The notes under the pieces were generated by a model. That model was not told the origin of the DNA and ran no database searches. It saw nothing but the letters and a program-made list of their open reading frames with translations. The translations under genes were made by a program, and so were the position numbers. Positions 48,594 through 58,689 of a stretch of DNA of 64,000 bases are shown piece after piece. This DNA comes from a virus (Duplodnaviria > Caudoviricetes), in IMG/VR virus record IMGVR_UViG_3300037067_018091, positions 1 through 64,000 of that record; one strand, given 5' to 3'. How positions within the stretch are numbered: the stretch's first letter is position 1; every line of letters starts with the position of its first letter.

Positions 48594-50024
48594 ATGGCAA
48601 CAATAAAACAATTTAAAGATATCGTTAATTCTATGTTACGTTTTTTATCTTCAAAACGTCCTAATGTAGATACTAGTCCTGGGACATTTACTCGTGATGT
48701 CGTCGTTGATGCTGTTGCCAGTGAGTTAGAATTATTGTATAATGATCTTAATAGAACATCAAATGCACAATCGCCTGATTTAGCGGCGGTCACAGATGTA
48801 GAACGACTTGGTAAAAATTTTCAACTCAGACGAAAAGGTCCAATTAAAGCGACCGGAATAATTACATTTTACGCGTTCAATTCTCCGTCATCTACAATAA
48901 CTGTTCTTCAAGGAACTACGTTATCAAGTAAAGCTACTTCAACAGGTGCATCTCAACAATTTGTAACTACTCAAGACGCTACACTCAGTTCGTTAAATTT
49001 TAATCCTGATACGGGTCGATATGAAACAGATGTGCCTATTCGCGCAGTCGTGCCCGGTACGGATAGTAATGTTGCGCCTGGAACAATTGCAGCGTTATTA
49101 ACTCCTGTTTCAGGTGTAGATGGTTGTTACAATTTTAATGCAATTACTAATGGTGCAGATTTTGAACCATTAGCTACATTTAGACAACGACTTAAAACAG
49201 TATTAACTGGAAATAATGTGGGTACTTCAAATGGTTATTATCAAGCTGCGGCAGCAAACTCAGATGTAATTGATGTAAAAATTGCTTCAGTTGGTTCTGG
49301 AATTGAACAACTTCGTAGAAATGATGTAGGAGCCGTAGATATCTATATTCGCGGATTAATTTCGACTCAAGCACCTATAGAAACATATATTATTCCTACA
49401 ATTACTCCGTATGAATTTATACCATCTAAACAACCATTAGATATACTTGCGTCAAGTGGATTTTCTTTAACTGGAAGTATTCATGGAGTTCTTGTAGAAG
49501 GAACTGATTATAATATTACTCAAGATAGTGGGAAATTAGCTGGATCAATTCGCGCAGCTGATAAATTTGTTTTCGTATCTTCAAAAGTATCTGTAGGGGA
49601 AGAAATTTCAATAACATATTCATATAATTCTTTAATTGAATCTTTACAAAATTATATGGATGATGATTCACGAAAAGTATTAGGTGCAGATCTTTTAGTG
49701 AAGGCAGCAATTCCACGACAGATCGATATTAGTTGCACCATACGTGTTTTATCAGGATATAATCAATCTGATATTATAAGTGCGGTAGGTGTTGCGTTAT
49801 CCGCAGCGTTGGATGCATATACGATAGGTGAAGAAGTTCAACAATCTGATATTTTAGCAGTTATCGCAAATACTACAGGGGTCGATGATGTAACAGTTCC
49901 ATTAGATATATTTGAAGAGAATAGTAATACTGGAACATTAACACAAGATAGTTCAGGAAATATTGAAATGCCCGCAAACTCATATGCTACTAGCGGTACA
50001 ATTACAGTTACAGTAAGGTCATAA
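48594..50024 (+). CDS. baseplate J-like wedge protein
   Basis: DTSPGTFTRD, PGTDSNVAPGTI, ITNGADFE...FRQR. Confidence 0.88.
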   Translation: MATIKQFKDIVNSMLRFLSSKRPNVDTSPGTFTRDVVVDAVASELELLYNDLNRTSNAQSPDLAAVTDVERLGKNFQLRRKGPIKATGIITFYAFNSPSSTITVLQGTTLSSKATSTGASQQFVTTQDATLSSLNFNPDTGRYETDVPIRAVVPGTDSNVAPGTIAALLTPVSGVDGCYNFNAITNGADFEPLATFRQRLKTVLTGNNVGTSNGYYQAAAANSDVIDVKIASVGSGIEQLRRNDVGAVDIYIRGLISTQAPIETYIIPTITPYEFIPSKQPLDILASSGFSLTGSIHGVLVEGTDYNITQDSGKLAGSIRAADKFVFVSSKVSVGEEISITYSYNSLIESLQNYMDDDSRKVLGADLLVKAAIPRQIDISCTIRVLSGYNQSDIISAVGVALSAALDAYTIGEEVQQSDILAVIANTTGVDDVTVPLDIFEENSNTGTLTQDSSGNIEMPANSYATSGTITVTVRS

Positions 50025-50025
50025 A

Positions 50026-51963
50026 ATGGCGCGCAATCTTAATACATTTCTTCAAAGTCTCTTAAAAAATATTACTACATATTATACCGCAACGTATTCA
50101 AATGATACGGATCTCTATTCTATTCTTCAGATGTATGGTGCAGAATTGGCATCTGGATCAACTACATTAGAAACCGTTCGAAATAATCTGTTTATCGTTA
50201 CTTGTGAAGATTCAAAATTAACCGATAATTTCGGTACATATTTTGGACAATTAAAATATTCTAATCAAGATTATAACGAAGATAGATATATATCAACAAT
50301 TGCAGATTGGTATAAATCTGGATCATTATTACATCAAAGATATAGTCAACCTGATTATAATCATCCTTTTGAATTAATTTCATTTACAACTCCTTCAGTA
50401 ACAAATAATCCCTGGAGTTTTTCTGTCGTAACTGGCCCAAGTACAAATGTGGGCAGAAATCCATATGTTGCAGCAGTTTTTAGTGGAAGTATTGTATTTG
50501 CATTTCGTGGCCAACCAATAGTATATGAAAATCCATATCAAAACGTTTATTCGCCATGGCGCCTTTCAGCATATGATCCAATTTTAAATACATGGACGCC
50601 ACTAACTGCGCAATATGACGTTACCGCCGGCGCAGTATATCTTTATGGATTAACTTCATATGCACCTTATTTAGGGCATGGACAATATTCAAGTGAACGT
50701 TTTTGGGCATGGGATGTATTTGTAACAACTTTAATGGGCGATCCGTCAGATAAAACCCCGCGAATTAGATTATATGAGTATAATGGAGATTATGTTCAAA
50801 CGATTCATGATAGTACAACCGCAGCGGTTAAATTACCACATGTTTTAGATCCTGTTACATATGGATGGAACGCAACAAATAAATCTGTAATATTCCATGA
50901 TAAAATTTATATTGGATGGTCTCATGATAACAGTGATCCACATTTAGTTTCATACGATCCTATTACTGATGCATTTGTAGATCATGATTTAGCTACGTAT
51001 GCATCTGGATCGATTGCTTCTTCGGGATCAATTGCAACTACTTTTAATATGCATAATCCAATTGTAATTCATGATAATAAAGTAATGGTGGAGGTAGATT
51101 ATACTTCAGATATTCCGGCAACGGGAAATAAAATATTTGCATTCGATAGTACAAATTGGACAATGTTAGATGCGCCGAGTAATTCTATAAGTTCAAATAA
51201 ATTTATCGATTTTAATGGAACACTGTATGCAATTATAGATGATTCTGTAATGGTATACAATGATTTTTCGGGGTCTTGGACTACGCATACAAGTTTTAAT
51301 GGACTTTATCCACGAGATATTTTTGTTTTTCAAAATAATTTAATAGTTTCAGTTAATTATGGGACGGTATATAGATTATCGCTTGCAGATAATCAATTTA
51401 TTGAATTTGATCAATTAGATAATAGTATTAAAGATTCGCCGTCCTTATTTGTTGAACTTGCAGATACAATATATGCATATTATCAAAATGGTTGGTATTC
51501 TTCATCGTTTGTTTCTACTACAGAATGGTCACAATTATGGCCGGCACCGCATACTGCAGGTACCGCAATACAAAATGTCTCTATTCCAGGATACAGAAAA
51601 CAATTAGAATTTATGTTAGAGGCTGCAGTAAACGGTAGTACTCATAAGGGGATTACACGAATGGTTAATGCATTTACACTAATTAACCCAGATATTCGTG
51701 AAATATATACCCTTCCTCAATGGAAACTTACAAATAAAACATATAATGTTACGCAACTAAGTTCTAATACTTGGCAATTTTCTGGTGCGACTAATTTTAG
51801 AACAAATTTATTTGCTGGTGCGCACGCAACATTTGTAAGTGGGAGTACGCCGCAGGATAAAGTTGCTGCCGCATATTTAGTTTTAATAAATGATAATGAT
51901 TCAGTTACTGTCGGCGCAATTGAAGATAAACGACTATTAATGGAAATAGTGAGACCGTCATAA
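50026..51963 (+). CDS. baseplate wedge (gpI-like ends) with inserted propeller-like domain
   Basis: LTDNFGTYFG N-terminus; YRKQL..EAAVNGSTHKGI after long insertion. Confidence 0.6.
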   Translation: MARNLNTFLQSLLKNITTYYTATYSNDTDLYSILQMYGAELASGSTTLETVRNNLFIVTCEDSKLTDNFGTYFGQLKYSNQDYNEDRYISTIADWYKSGSLLHQRYSQPDYNHPFELISFTTPSVTNNPWSFSVVTGPSTNVGRNPYVAAVFSGSIVFAFRGQPIVYENPYQNVYSPWRLSAYDPILNTWTPLTAQYDVTAGAVYLYGLTSYAPYLGHGQYSSERFWAWDVFVTTLMGDPSDKTPRIRLYEYNGDYVQTIHDSTTAAVKLPHVLDPVTYGWNATNKSVIFHDKIYIGWSHDNSDPHLVSYDPITDAFVDHDLATYASGSIASSGSIATTFNMHNPIVIHDNKVMVEVDYTSDIPATGNKIFAFDSTNWTMLDAPSNSISSNKFIDFNGTLYAIIDDSVMVYNDFSGSWTTHTSFNGLYPRDIFVFQNNLIVSVNYGTVYRLSLADNQFIEFDQLDNSIKDSPSLFVELADTIYAYYQNGWYSSSFVSTTEWSQLWPAPHTAGTAIQNVSIPGYRKQLEFMLEAAVNGSTHKGITRMVNAFTLINPDIREIYTLPQWKLTNKTYNVTQLSSNTWQFSGATNFRTNLFAGAHATFVSGSTPQDKVAAAYLVLINDNDSVTVGAIEDKRLLMEIVRPS

Positions 51964-52634
51964 TGGGCGCAGAAATAAATAATTTTATAGCAACTCCCTA
52001 TGATAGTGGGGTAGTTTTAGAATGGACTGCAGGATACGGTGCGTCTATAAATTCTGGATCTATCGACTGTAAAGTAACAATTCAATATTCAACAGATACA
52101 ATTCCAAATAATGTACAAAATACTCCTCCTTTTGTAGTTAGGGATTTAGGACAAAAACAAGGTACAAAAAATATTTTATGGGTGCCCAATTTAACAAATG
52201 ATCAACAATATTGGTATAGTCTTTGGGTATATTATTATGATACGGGTATGTGGCATGGCCCGTTTACGACATTTGCCACCCCAGTATCAGGATCATTTCT
52301 TTCTTGGCGAACCGGCACATTATCTTTTACAAAACTCGGTACGAATACCCGGTTGTCACCACTGCAACAAATTGTATCTAATATAATTATATGGTTGCCT
52401 AATAGTGAATCGTCTCGTGAAAATGTTATTGAACAAGCGTTGAAAAATATTGCTCCGGCGCACGTTAAATTAAATATATTTTATGAACATTATTATGTTG
52501 CATGTACTACTACGGAACAATTTAGTGGGTCTACATATGATCCTAGTGTTTGGACAATAGAACAAGGTAAAATGGTTAACAAACTCCCGACTATTGATTC
52601 AAGTTATAGCGGGCACGCAGATATCAAGTCTTAA
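51963..52634 (+). CDS. baseplate-associated protein
   Basis: Fn3-like N-terminus, IEQALKNIAPAHV motif. Confidence 0.6.
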   Translation: MGAEINNFIATPYDSGVVLEWTAGYGASINSGSIDCKVTIQYSTDTIPNNVQNTPPFVVRDLGQKQGTKNILWVPNLTNDQQYWYSLWVYYYDTGMWHGPFTTFATPVSGSFLSWRTGTLSFTKLGTNTRLSPLQQIVSNIIIWLPNSESSRENVIEQALKNIAPAHVKLNIFYEHYYVACTTTEQFSGSTYDPSVWTIEQGKMVNKLPTIDSSYSGHADIKS

Positions 52635-52645
52635 TGGAGATATAA

Positions 52646-53209
52646 ATGACTCTATTAGTTCAGTTCAAAGGTGGCGACGATGTCGTTACATTAAGTAGTG
52701 GCCAATTAATTGGATTTTTTGGATCTGGTTCTATAAGTGCTTTTGGTGAATCTATTCCACCGAATGCATATAATAGATATACTGCAGTTACAAATACTTT
52801 AGGAACAATTAATTATGGTGCACTCCCAAATGTACAATATATATCCTCTATCACAGGCGATATTGGAAATGGCGCAGTTGCATTAACTTCAATTCCATCG
52901 GGATCTTGTACATTACATATTCGATTAACTTCGGGGTCTGCACTTACAAGACTTCAAGCAGTTAGATTAATTGTATACGATAATAGATTTGGTCTTACGG
53001 TAGGACCATTTGATGTTGCAGTAAAAGGATTTGAATATGGAAGTATTACTTGGAGTACGATGTCGGGTTCAGCAGCTCCATTAGTTTTAACTCCTCATAC
53101 AGGAAGTGCGCAACTTTATCACGATTATTATGTAGGTATTTCAGCATCTCCTGCGTTATCAGGATCACATGTAACAACTGCACTTGCACTTTATGCCGAA
53201 TGGTATTAG
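52646..53209 (+). CDS. putative virion structural protein
   Basis: beta-rich, GGAG RBS. Confidence 0.65.
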   Translation: MTLLVQFKGGDDVVTLSSGQLIGFFGSGSISAFGESIPPNAYNRYTAVTNTLGTINYGALPNVQYISSITGDIGNGAVALTSIPSGSCTLHIRLTSGSALTRLQAVRLIVYDNRFGLTVGPFDVAVKGFEYGSITWSTMSGSAAPLVLTPHTGSAQLYHDYYVGISASPALSGSHVTTALALYAEWY

Positions 53210-53218
53210 GATAAATAA

Positions 53219-54721
53219 ATGGCTCAAGCAAATATAGCAGCATTTGGATCAATTGTAAGTTATTCTTCGCAGGATTCTGCTTATCCTTGGATTAATCTAC
53301 TCGATGGTAATACTGCTACGAATGGAAGATCCGCTATAGGTAATCCAAGGTATCAATGGGTAATTATCGATTTAGGTACCGTTTGGCCACTTACAGGATT
53401 TAAACTTTGGGGCGGATCTCTTAGTGATGTTACTTCAGATGTATTCGGTTTTGATATAGCGATTTCTGCTACAGGAATTACAGATAGTGATTTTATAAAA
53501 ATTTCTCCTTATAGTCATCTCATGCCTCCGCGCAAGATTACTGGTGCTGTACAAAGTTCACAAATAGCGATTGCACCATCGAATGTAAGATATGTAAAAT
53601 TATATTTATATTCTAATCGTCTCAATGCTTTATATATTAATGCATCGGATTTAGAAATTTATTCGTTAACAATTGACCAAATAACAACATCAATTTCGTC
53701 TGCTGCAACAATTTATCTTCCGCAACAAACAGAAACTATTGCATCAAATGCATTTATTTTTTATCCAGTTTTCACAGATCAAAGAAGTATTTTAGCGAAT
53801 GCAGAAATTACTGATACGAAAAGTGATCAATTATCAGATGCTCTTATTGTTGATGGCCTCATTTATTCGAATTCAGTTATTAAAAGTATAGAATCTAATA
53901 CAATTATATCTAACGCATATGTTTATCGAAGTGGTTCGTATAAAACAAATCTTTTATTATTTGGGACTGCAAATCCTGTATCTCAAACACATAATATGTT
54001 AGTATTTTCAACTGATATATCTTCTTCTAAAGAAGTTATTGTTGATGATATGATTACTGGGCCAATTATGGATATGAATACTATTAGTCCTCCGCTTGGC
54101 TATAACAATTATGATTGGAAATATGATTGGGTTGTACGTACTTTTAATCAATGTCAATATAAATTTGAAGTACGTTCAGCAGACGAATTGCTTGAATTAT
54201 CTGCTGAACCGTTCCATGCAATTCAATTAGAGGATCAAATTTATAAAGGACAAGTAAATAGATATCATCAATGGCGCTGTCATATTTGGGCAAGTGGATC
54301 TGGAGATTTTGAATTACATCAATTTACTATTAAAGGGTATGTTGATTATCCTGCGAATCCATTATATCGAACATTGTATGAAAAACCTTTTATTACAACA
54401 TCCCATGTAAAAGCACCTGGAGATACGTTTACACAACAATTATATGAACCTCCGTTAGAAGCAATGTCATGGGCAGGCCCGTATATTCCAGGTGATTTAA
54501 ATGGTGATTTCAATTTAACAACGATGGACGCAACTATTTTAATTCAGACGGTTTTTGGAATTCTTTCTAAAGATTTAATCCCTGCTCCAGGATTTTACAT
54601 ACGGGGAATATACTCTGATTTTGCAGGGCACATTGTTCCAAATGTCGGTGATGCAGTACAAATAAATCAATATATCCTTTCTGCCGGCCCTCCGCCGAAA
54701 AAGCGACAAGAACCAATTTAA
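53219..54721 (+). CDS. fibre-like protein: F5/8 type C domain, stalk repeats, dockerin-like C-terminus
   Basis: NLLDGN..QWVIIDLG..VRYVKL; GDLNGDFNLTTMDATILIQ..VGDAVQINQYIL. Confidence 0.7.
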   Translation: MAQANIAAFGSIVSYSSQDSAYPWINLLDGNTATNGRSAIGNPRYQWVIIDLGTVWPLTGFKLWGGSLSDVTSDVFGFDIAISATGITDSDFIKISPYSHLMPPRKITGAVQSSQIAIAPSNVRYVKLYLYSNRLNALYINASDLEIYSLTIDQITTSISSAATIYLPQQTETIASNAFIFYPVFTDQRSILANAEITDTKSDQLSDALIVDGLIYSNSVIKSIESNTIISNAYVYRSGSYKTNLLLFGTANPVSQTHNMLVFSTDISSSKEVIVDDMITGPIMDMNTISPPLGYNNYDWKYDWVVRTFNQCQYKFEVRSADELLELSAEPFHAIQLEDQIYKGQVNRYHQWRCHIWASGSGDFELHQFTIKGYVDYPANPLYRTLYEKPFITTSHVKAPGDTFTQQLYEPPLEAMSWAGPYIPGDLNGDFNLTTMDATILIQTVFGILSKDLIPAPGFYIRGIYSDFAGHIVPNVGDAVQINQYILSAGPPPKKRQEPI

Positions 54722-54735
54722 GTTGAGGTGTATAA

Positions 54736-55731
54736 ATGTCGAACGTAGTTAATGGTTTCGGGTCTCAATTTTTTGAAGACCAGCATGTTTTACCAAAAGA
54801 TTTGAATATGATTGAGTATTCTAAAACTCAATTACTTCGTAATTATATTCGAACAAAAACCAGACAACCAGGTGTATTAATTGATGCTCTTTCAGATCCT
54901 GATTTACAAGTTACTACTATAGATGGTACTACATTTAATGTAGGTTCGGGCGCTGCGATAGATTCTGAAGGAAGATTAATAATTATACCAAATAGTACTA
55001 TTGCAAGTGGGAGTACTGGAACTGATCCAAAATATCATCCTGTATGGCCGAATAGAGAAAATTTAGTATCTGGAATTTCTGTTGCTGGAATTTATTATAT
55101 TAATTTAAAATATGCACAACAATCTGGAGATATTAGATACGATGACTCTGGCGTTTCGCATGAAACACGTATTTATGATAGTTTTTCAATAGTTGTTGAA
55201 TCTACTCGAAAGGGCGTTACTCTTGCAAAAGTACAACTTAATGCAAGTGGAAGTATCGTTACAGATGATAGTGAACTTGGCTATTATAATCCAACTACTG
55301 GAATTTATTATGCTTTATTTGATGACAGACCTTTATATAAAGTAACTGATGGTACAGTTGCAAGTTTAGAAGTTCAAGTAGGAGAGAATACTGAAGATTT
55401 ACAAGAAGAACTTCGTAAGAGCGCAGGATTTTTATTTCCAGTTGCTGCGCAGACTCTTACAGATAAATGGGGCCGAAATGTAAATCTTTTACGAATGGAA
55501 GTGTATGCAGAAGGTACAAGTGGTAATGTATCGTTCCAGCTCTATTCAGGATCTTCCCCGAATGGCTTAAAAGGTCCATTGACTGTAGTATCAACGACCG
55601 CGGGTGCATGGACTGTATCAAGTACTCTTAATTTGGTCGGGTATAAAGGGGATACTCTTCAACTTTATGTTTCATCCGCGGATTCTACAATCACTGCTGC
55701 GACGTGTAGTTTAGTATATACGAGACATTAA
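54736..55731 (+). CDS. putative tail/baseplate protein
   Basis: FFEDQHVLPKDLN, VGSGAAIDSEGRLI motif typical of fibre attachment proteins. Confidence 0.65.
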   Translation: MSNVVNGFGSQFFEDQHVLPKDLNMIEYSKTQLLRNYIRTKTRQPGVLIDALSDPDLQVTTIDGTTFNVGSGAAIDSEGRLIIIPNSTIASGSTGTDPKYHPVWPNRENLVSGISVAGIYYINLKYAQQSGDIRYDDSGVSHETRIYDSFSIVVESTRKGVTLAKVQLNASGSIVTDDSELGYYNPTTGIYYALFDDRPLYKVTDGTVASLEVQVGENTEDLQEELRKSAGFLFPVAAQTLTDKWGRNVNLLRMEVYAEGTSGNVSFQLYSGSSPNGLKGPLTVVSTTAGAWTVSSTLNLVGYKGDTLQLYVSSADSTITAATCSLVYTRH

Positions 55732-55744
55732 TGAGGTAAAAGTT

Positions 55745-57985
55745 ATGCCGTGGTTAAATATTCGTCAAAATCTTCCTGGAACTGCTAAATGGTATTTTTC
55801 ATATAAAAGTGAACTTTATGTAATAGTAGAACCGACTGCTGGTGGAACCTGGCAAATTTATAAATTAGATGCGGCGCGCGCCGGATCTTCATGGGCAATA
55901 GATACATTATACTTAACTGTCGCACCTAATGATAATTATATAATAACTGGTGCAATTGAAAATCCATCTAATGAATATATGTTTGTTACAAATGCCGCAT
56001 CTGGTGAGGTTTATATTAACCCCACTGGAGATTTTTCAAGTATTTCTAACTGGATAAGTACGCCAGGTCCTTTCGCAGGATATGTAGACGCTGAGGCGCA
56101 ACTTGGAGAACTCGTTTATTATAATAGAAAAGTGTATTTAGCACACAGGGGCGGAGTTTCTACTTTCAATTCCGAACAAAATATAAATCAATGGGAACAA
56201 GTTGCAGATTTTACTACAGGTTTTGAAGGAATCGGCCAATGTACTGGTATGCACGTTTTAAATGGTGTTTTATATGTAATTGTTTCGTTCGATACTCTTT
56301 ATGCAATTTATCAATATGATGCGGCGCAACCTACATTGAATTGGATTAAATTTGCAGAATATCCTCGAGATTTAGTAAGTACAACGCATGCGGCAAAATC
56401 TCGTTATATTACGTCTCGCAACAATGTTATTTTTACTTCGGATTATGGATTAAATTTAAATATATTTAATAGTAGAGGGTTGGATACAACTTTAACTGGA
56501 CAACCACGATTCACTCAGGGAGTTCATTTAAACGGTGTTCCATCCAGTATGATTACTTATACTGAAAATGGATTTGATTATATTTTTACAACGTGTTGGG
56601 ATACAGATTTTTCGGGACAAGTTTCAAGTGCATATAGTGAAAATTTAATAACAACTTTTAATGTTGTCGATAATTCCGCACAAGAACCAGGAGAAACATG
56701 GTTTACGGGATTTTCTACATTTGTTGATACCAATAATACAACTGCTTTAACATTAACTGATGGTGCATTAGGATTCAAAAATATTCCACCGGTAATAGAT
56801 CCTACAAAATTATCTTCTTTTCGTATTGATTTTCATATTAAAACAAATATACTTTCCTTACTTCCAGGTGAAACTTATACAATTACTTGGGAGCAGGCGG
56901 TACAAGCATCCGCGACTAAGACAGCAGGACAAGGAAAAATTAATGGTAGCGGGGCAACACAAATAGGATTTAGTAATCTTGCAGGTAATGGAATTGATGT
57001 CAATTCACCTAATAAGAGTCTTCCCATAACTGGCACATTATTTGGTATGATGGGATCGCAATACGAAAAGGTTTCATTTACTTTTAATATGAATGATATA
57101 GATTTTGATACAACTGATGGAAGTATTTATATCCAGGGTGCTGCAGCTGTAAAAATAACTGTGCCAAATTTATTATCCGGAGAGTATAAAGTTTTTACGG
57201 CAAACGCGGCATATCGAAATATAAAATTATATCGTGGTACGACTGAAGATGCAAATACCATCTATTTAAATACAGAATATATTATTAAAGAATATGCAGA
57301 TATTCCACCAGTTGAAAATGATAATCATGCGATTGAACCTCCTTCACCACCTGATCAATGGTTTATAAAATTCTCGCAAAATTCTTCCTTGTCATCAATT
57401 ACTCAACGATTGGGACGTCGATTAATTACAAATAAATTAACTTTACAACCAAATGAAAATTATAAATTACATTTCATGGTAAAAAAAGGTACAAATGGAA
57501 TTCCTACAAAAACATATAGGGTACGTACAATTTCTCCTGTTAGCGGGATTCCTGAACTTTCGGCAACGTGTTCCGGTACAGAACAGCGGCCATTTGAATG
57601 GGTTTTTGATACGACTGGAATTGCTGTAGATAATTTAAAAAATATTCAATTTGAAATTGAGGTATGGGAAGAAGATATTTTGCCGGGGTTCGGTGCAACG
57701 TTTTATATTAGTGATATAAATATTCAACAACAAATTGCGCAAATTGCAGAAAATACAATTTATCGATATGATGGGCAAGCATGGGACGACGCGCAAACAA
57801 AATTGAGCAATGATGGTAATATTATTGTACAACCGTTTGGATTACATAAAGAATTCGAAACAAATAGTGATTCAACGCGGTTGTATTGCATTGCAAATGA
57901 CGATCCTTATGTTTGGAGTACTGGCCCCAGTGATCCTTTTGGTGGGCAGGTAGTTCCTCGAATAATTATGACGTGGGAAGATTAA
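55745..57985 (+). CDS. putative receptor-binding/structural protein
   Basis: 746 aa propeller-like with carbohydrate-binding-like inserts. Confidence 0.6.
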   Translation: MPWLNIRQNLPGTAKWYFSYKSELYVIVEPTAGGTWQIYKLDAARAGSSWAIDTLYLTVAPNDNYIITGAIENPSNEYMFVTNAASGEVYINPTGDFSSISNWISTPGPFAGYVDAEAQLGELVYYNRKVYLAHRGGVSTFNSEQNINQWEQVADFTTGFEGIGQCTGMHVLNGVLYVIVSFDTLYAIYQYDAAQPTLNWIKFAEYPRDLVSTTHAAKSRYITSRNNVIFTSDYGLNLNIFNSRGLDTTLTGQPRFTQGVHLNGVPSSMITYTENGFDYIFTTCWDTDFSGQVSSAYSENLITTFNVVDNSAQEPGETWFTGFSTFVDTNNTTALTLTDGALGFKNIPPVIDPTKLSSFRIDFHIKTNILSLLPGETYTITWEQAVQASATKTAGQGKINGSGATQIGFSNLAGNGIDVNSPNKSLPITGTLFGMMGSQYEKVSFTFNMNDIDFDTTDGSIYIQGAAAVKITVPNLLSGEYKVFTANAAYRNIKLYRGTTEDANTIYLNTEYIIKEYADIPPVENDNHAIEPPSPPDQWFIKFSQNSSLSSITQRLGRRLITNKLTLQPNENYKLHFMVKKGTNGIPTKTYRVRTISPVSGIPELSATCSGTEQRPFEWVFDTTGIAVDNLKNIQFEIEVWEEDILPGFGATFYISDINIQQQIAQIAENTIYRYDGQAWDDAQTKLSNDGNIIVQPFGLHKEFETNSDSTRLYCIANDDPYVWSTGPSDPFGGQVVPRIIMTWED

Positions 57986-58000
57986 TAGAAGGAGAATATA

Positions 58001-58573
58001 ATGGCCAGTTTCGATACTGCTTATAATATAACATTAGAATATGAAGGCGGATATTCAAATGATCCTGATGATGTTGGACAAGAAACCTACAAGGGAATAT
58101 CGCGCAAGTATTGCCCTAATTGGAAGGGTTGGAAAATTATAGACGGCCAAAAATCTAAAACAGACTTTCCAGATTGTTTAGATAGTTTAACTGATCTGCA
58201 AGTATTAGTTCATGATTATTTCAAAAAAACTTATTGGGATGTATTTCAAGGCGATAACATTTTAGATCAAGCAATTGCAAATGAAATGTACGATACCGCG
58301 GTAAATATGGGCGCGGTAAGAGCGGTTTCATATTTGCAAATAGGTTTGAACATTTTAAACCGTAATCAACAAAGTTATCCAGATATTAGTGAAGACGGAC
58401 AATTTGGCGCACAAACACTTTTAACTTTAAAGAAATATTTAGCGGCCGATTCAAATGAATGTCTTTTAAAAGTAATGATTATTCTACGTGGGATGCATTA
58501 TATCGACTATGTGAAGAAAAACCCGAAACAGGAAAAATTTATGCGTGGATGGTTGGGGCGCTTGGGTATTTAG
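58001..58573 (+). CDS. glycoside hydrolase family 108 lysozyme with peptidoglycan-binding domain (endolysin)
   Basis: EGGYSNDPDDVGQETYKGI, DTAVNMG, EDGQFGAQT, FMRGWLGR. Confidence 0.9.
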   Translation: MASFDTAYNITLEYEGGYSNDPDDVGQETYKGISRKYCPNWKGWKIIDGQKSKTDFPDCLDSLTDLQVLVHDYFKKTYWDVFQGDNILDQAIANEMYDTAVNMGAVRAVSYLQIGLNILNRNQQSYPDISEDGQFGAQTLLTLKKYLAADSNECLLKVMIILRGMHYIDYVKKNPKQEKFMRGWLGRLGI

Positions 58574-58689
58574 ATAGGTATATATAAATGAATTAAGAAC
58601 GTTAAAAATTTATTTTTAGTTGGACGCTTTAAATGAATTTATAGGTATTACAGAATATTATTGTAAGTATTGTTGAAACTATTTAAAGT

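Noticed and set aside
41114-57985. Diversity-generating retroelement acting on fibre genes
   Set aside because: No reverse transcriptase and no template/variable repeat pair differing at adenines was seen in the window.
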